Of a DNA stretch of 46,119 nt, positions 45,806-46,119 are shown piece after piece. The notes beneath the pieces are model-generated. The model was given only the letters and a program-made list of their open reading frames with translations, did not search any database and was not told where the DNA came from. The DNA lies in the IMG/VR virus record IMGVR_UViG_3300037087_000772, positions 64,001 through 110,119 of that record; one strand, given 5' to 3'. The stretch comes from a virus. Lineage: Duplodnaviria; Heunggongvirae; Uroviricota; Caudoviricetes. Numbering within the stretch: the first letter of the stretch is position 1; each line of letters opens with the position of its first letter. The translations under genes were made by a program, and so were the position numbers.

Positions 45806-46119
45806 TATATTCCAAAATAATGTTCTATTTGATCTTTTATATCTTCGATATCACCTTCTATTCCATGTTTATCATCATTTGGAAAACTAAGTACATCACC
45901 AGTTGGGAAATCAAAAATTTTATATTCCCAATCCCCTATATTATCATTTACATCGAATTGATATTCTGTTTCATCGATAGATATTACACCGATCCATCCA
46001 CCTAATCCAGCATTTTGTAAGTTCACAATTTTTACACCGTGTATCTTTTCTAACTCCTGAATTTCATCTTTTGGACTATATCCAGATTGCTCATTTACAA
46101 ATTCTTTGAAAGTTTTCAT
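45805..46119 (-). CDS. CTS-motif small protein (start at window edge)
   Basis: MKTFKEFVNE. Confidence 0.55.
   Translation of the reverse strand: MKTFKEFVNEQSGYSPKDEIQELEKIHGVKIVNLQNAGLGGWIGVISIDETEYQFDVNDNIGDWEYKIFDFPTGDVLSFPNDDKHGIEGDIEDIKDQIEHYFGI

Noticed and set aside
1-46119. Bacterial chromosome origin suggested by dnaK, rpmE2, panD, speD and cca
   Set aside because: These genes are isolated from their usual operon partners and interspersed with phage-type orphans, an endolysin and homing endonucleases.
1-46119. Alternative genetic code (stop-codon recoding)
   Set aside because: ORFs tile densely under code 11 and known proteins are full length; the two broken genes are frameshifts, not in-frame stops.
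1-46119. tRNA, rRNA or large ncRNA genes
   Set aside because: Intergenic gaps are short and AT-rich; no cloverleaf or T-loop context seen by eye. tRNAscan and Infernal were not run.

Overview
AT-rich, densely coded 46 kb segment that looks like part of a large tailed-phage (jumbo/huge phage) genome infecting a Bacteroidota host. Phage evidence: many short orphan ORFs, a probable tape-measure protein, an amidase endolysin, dUTPase, a RuvC-like resolvase, GIY-YIG homing endonucleases and no host operon structure. Host evidence: Bacteroidota-like DnaK and L31 type B, TAnnTTTG promoters and A-rich leaders without Shine-Dalgarno. Host-derived genes include dnaK, rpmE2, a CCA-adding enzyme, speD, panD, NADAR, NUDIX, GNAT, a DinG-like helicase and a truncated receiver domain. 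Two patterns stand out. (1) Two inverted 2.3-3 kb cassettes (20431-23390, 42837-45131) share a conserved scaffold of two ribbon-helix-helix minigenes (missed by the ORF track) and promoters, with unrelated cargo in three slots: endonuclease, exported protein(s), membrane-anchored protein. (2) About 16 unrelated proteins start with an M-x(1-7)-F/Y-x-x-F-x-x-E peptide resembling the T4 capsid-targeting sequence, several carrying ADP-ribosyltransferase-like folds. Three promoter classes are visible. I found no rRNA, tRNA or CRISPR array. All family assignments are motif recognition by eye, with no database searches.
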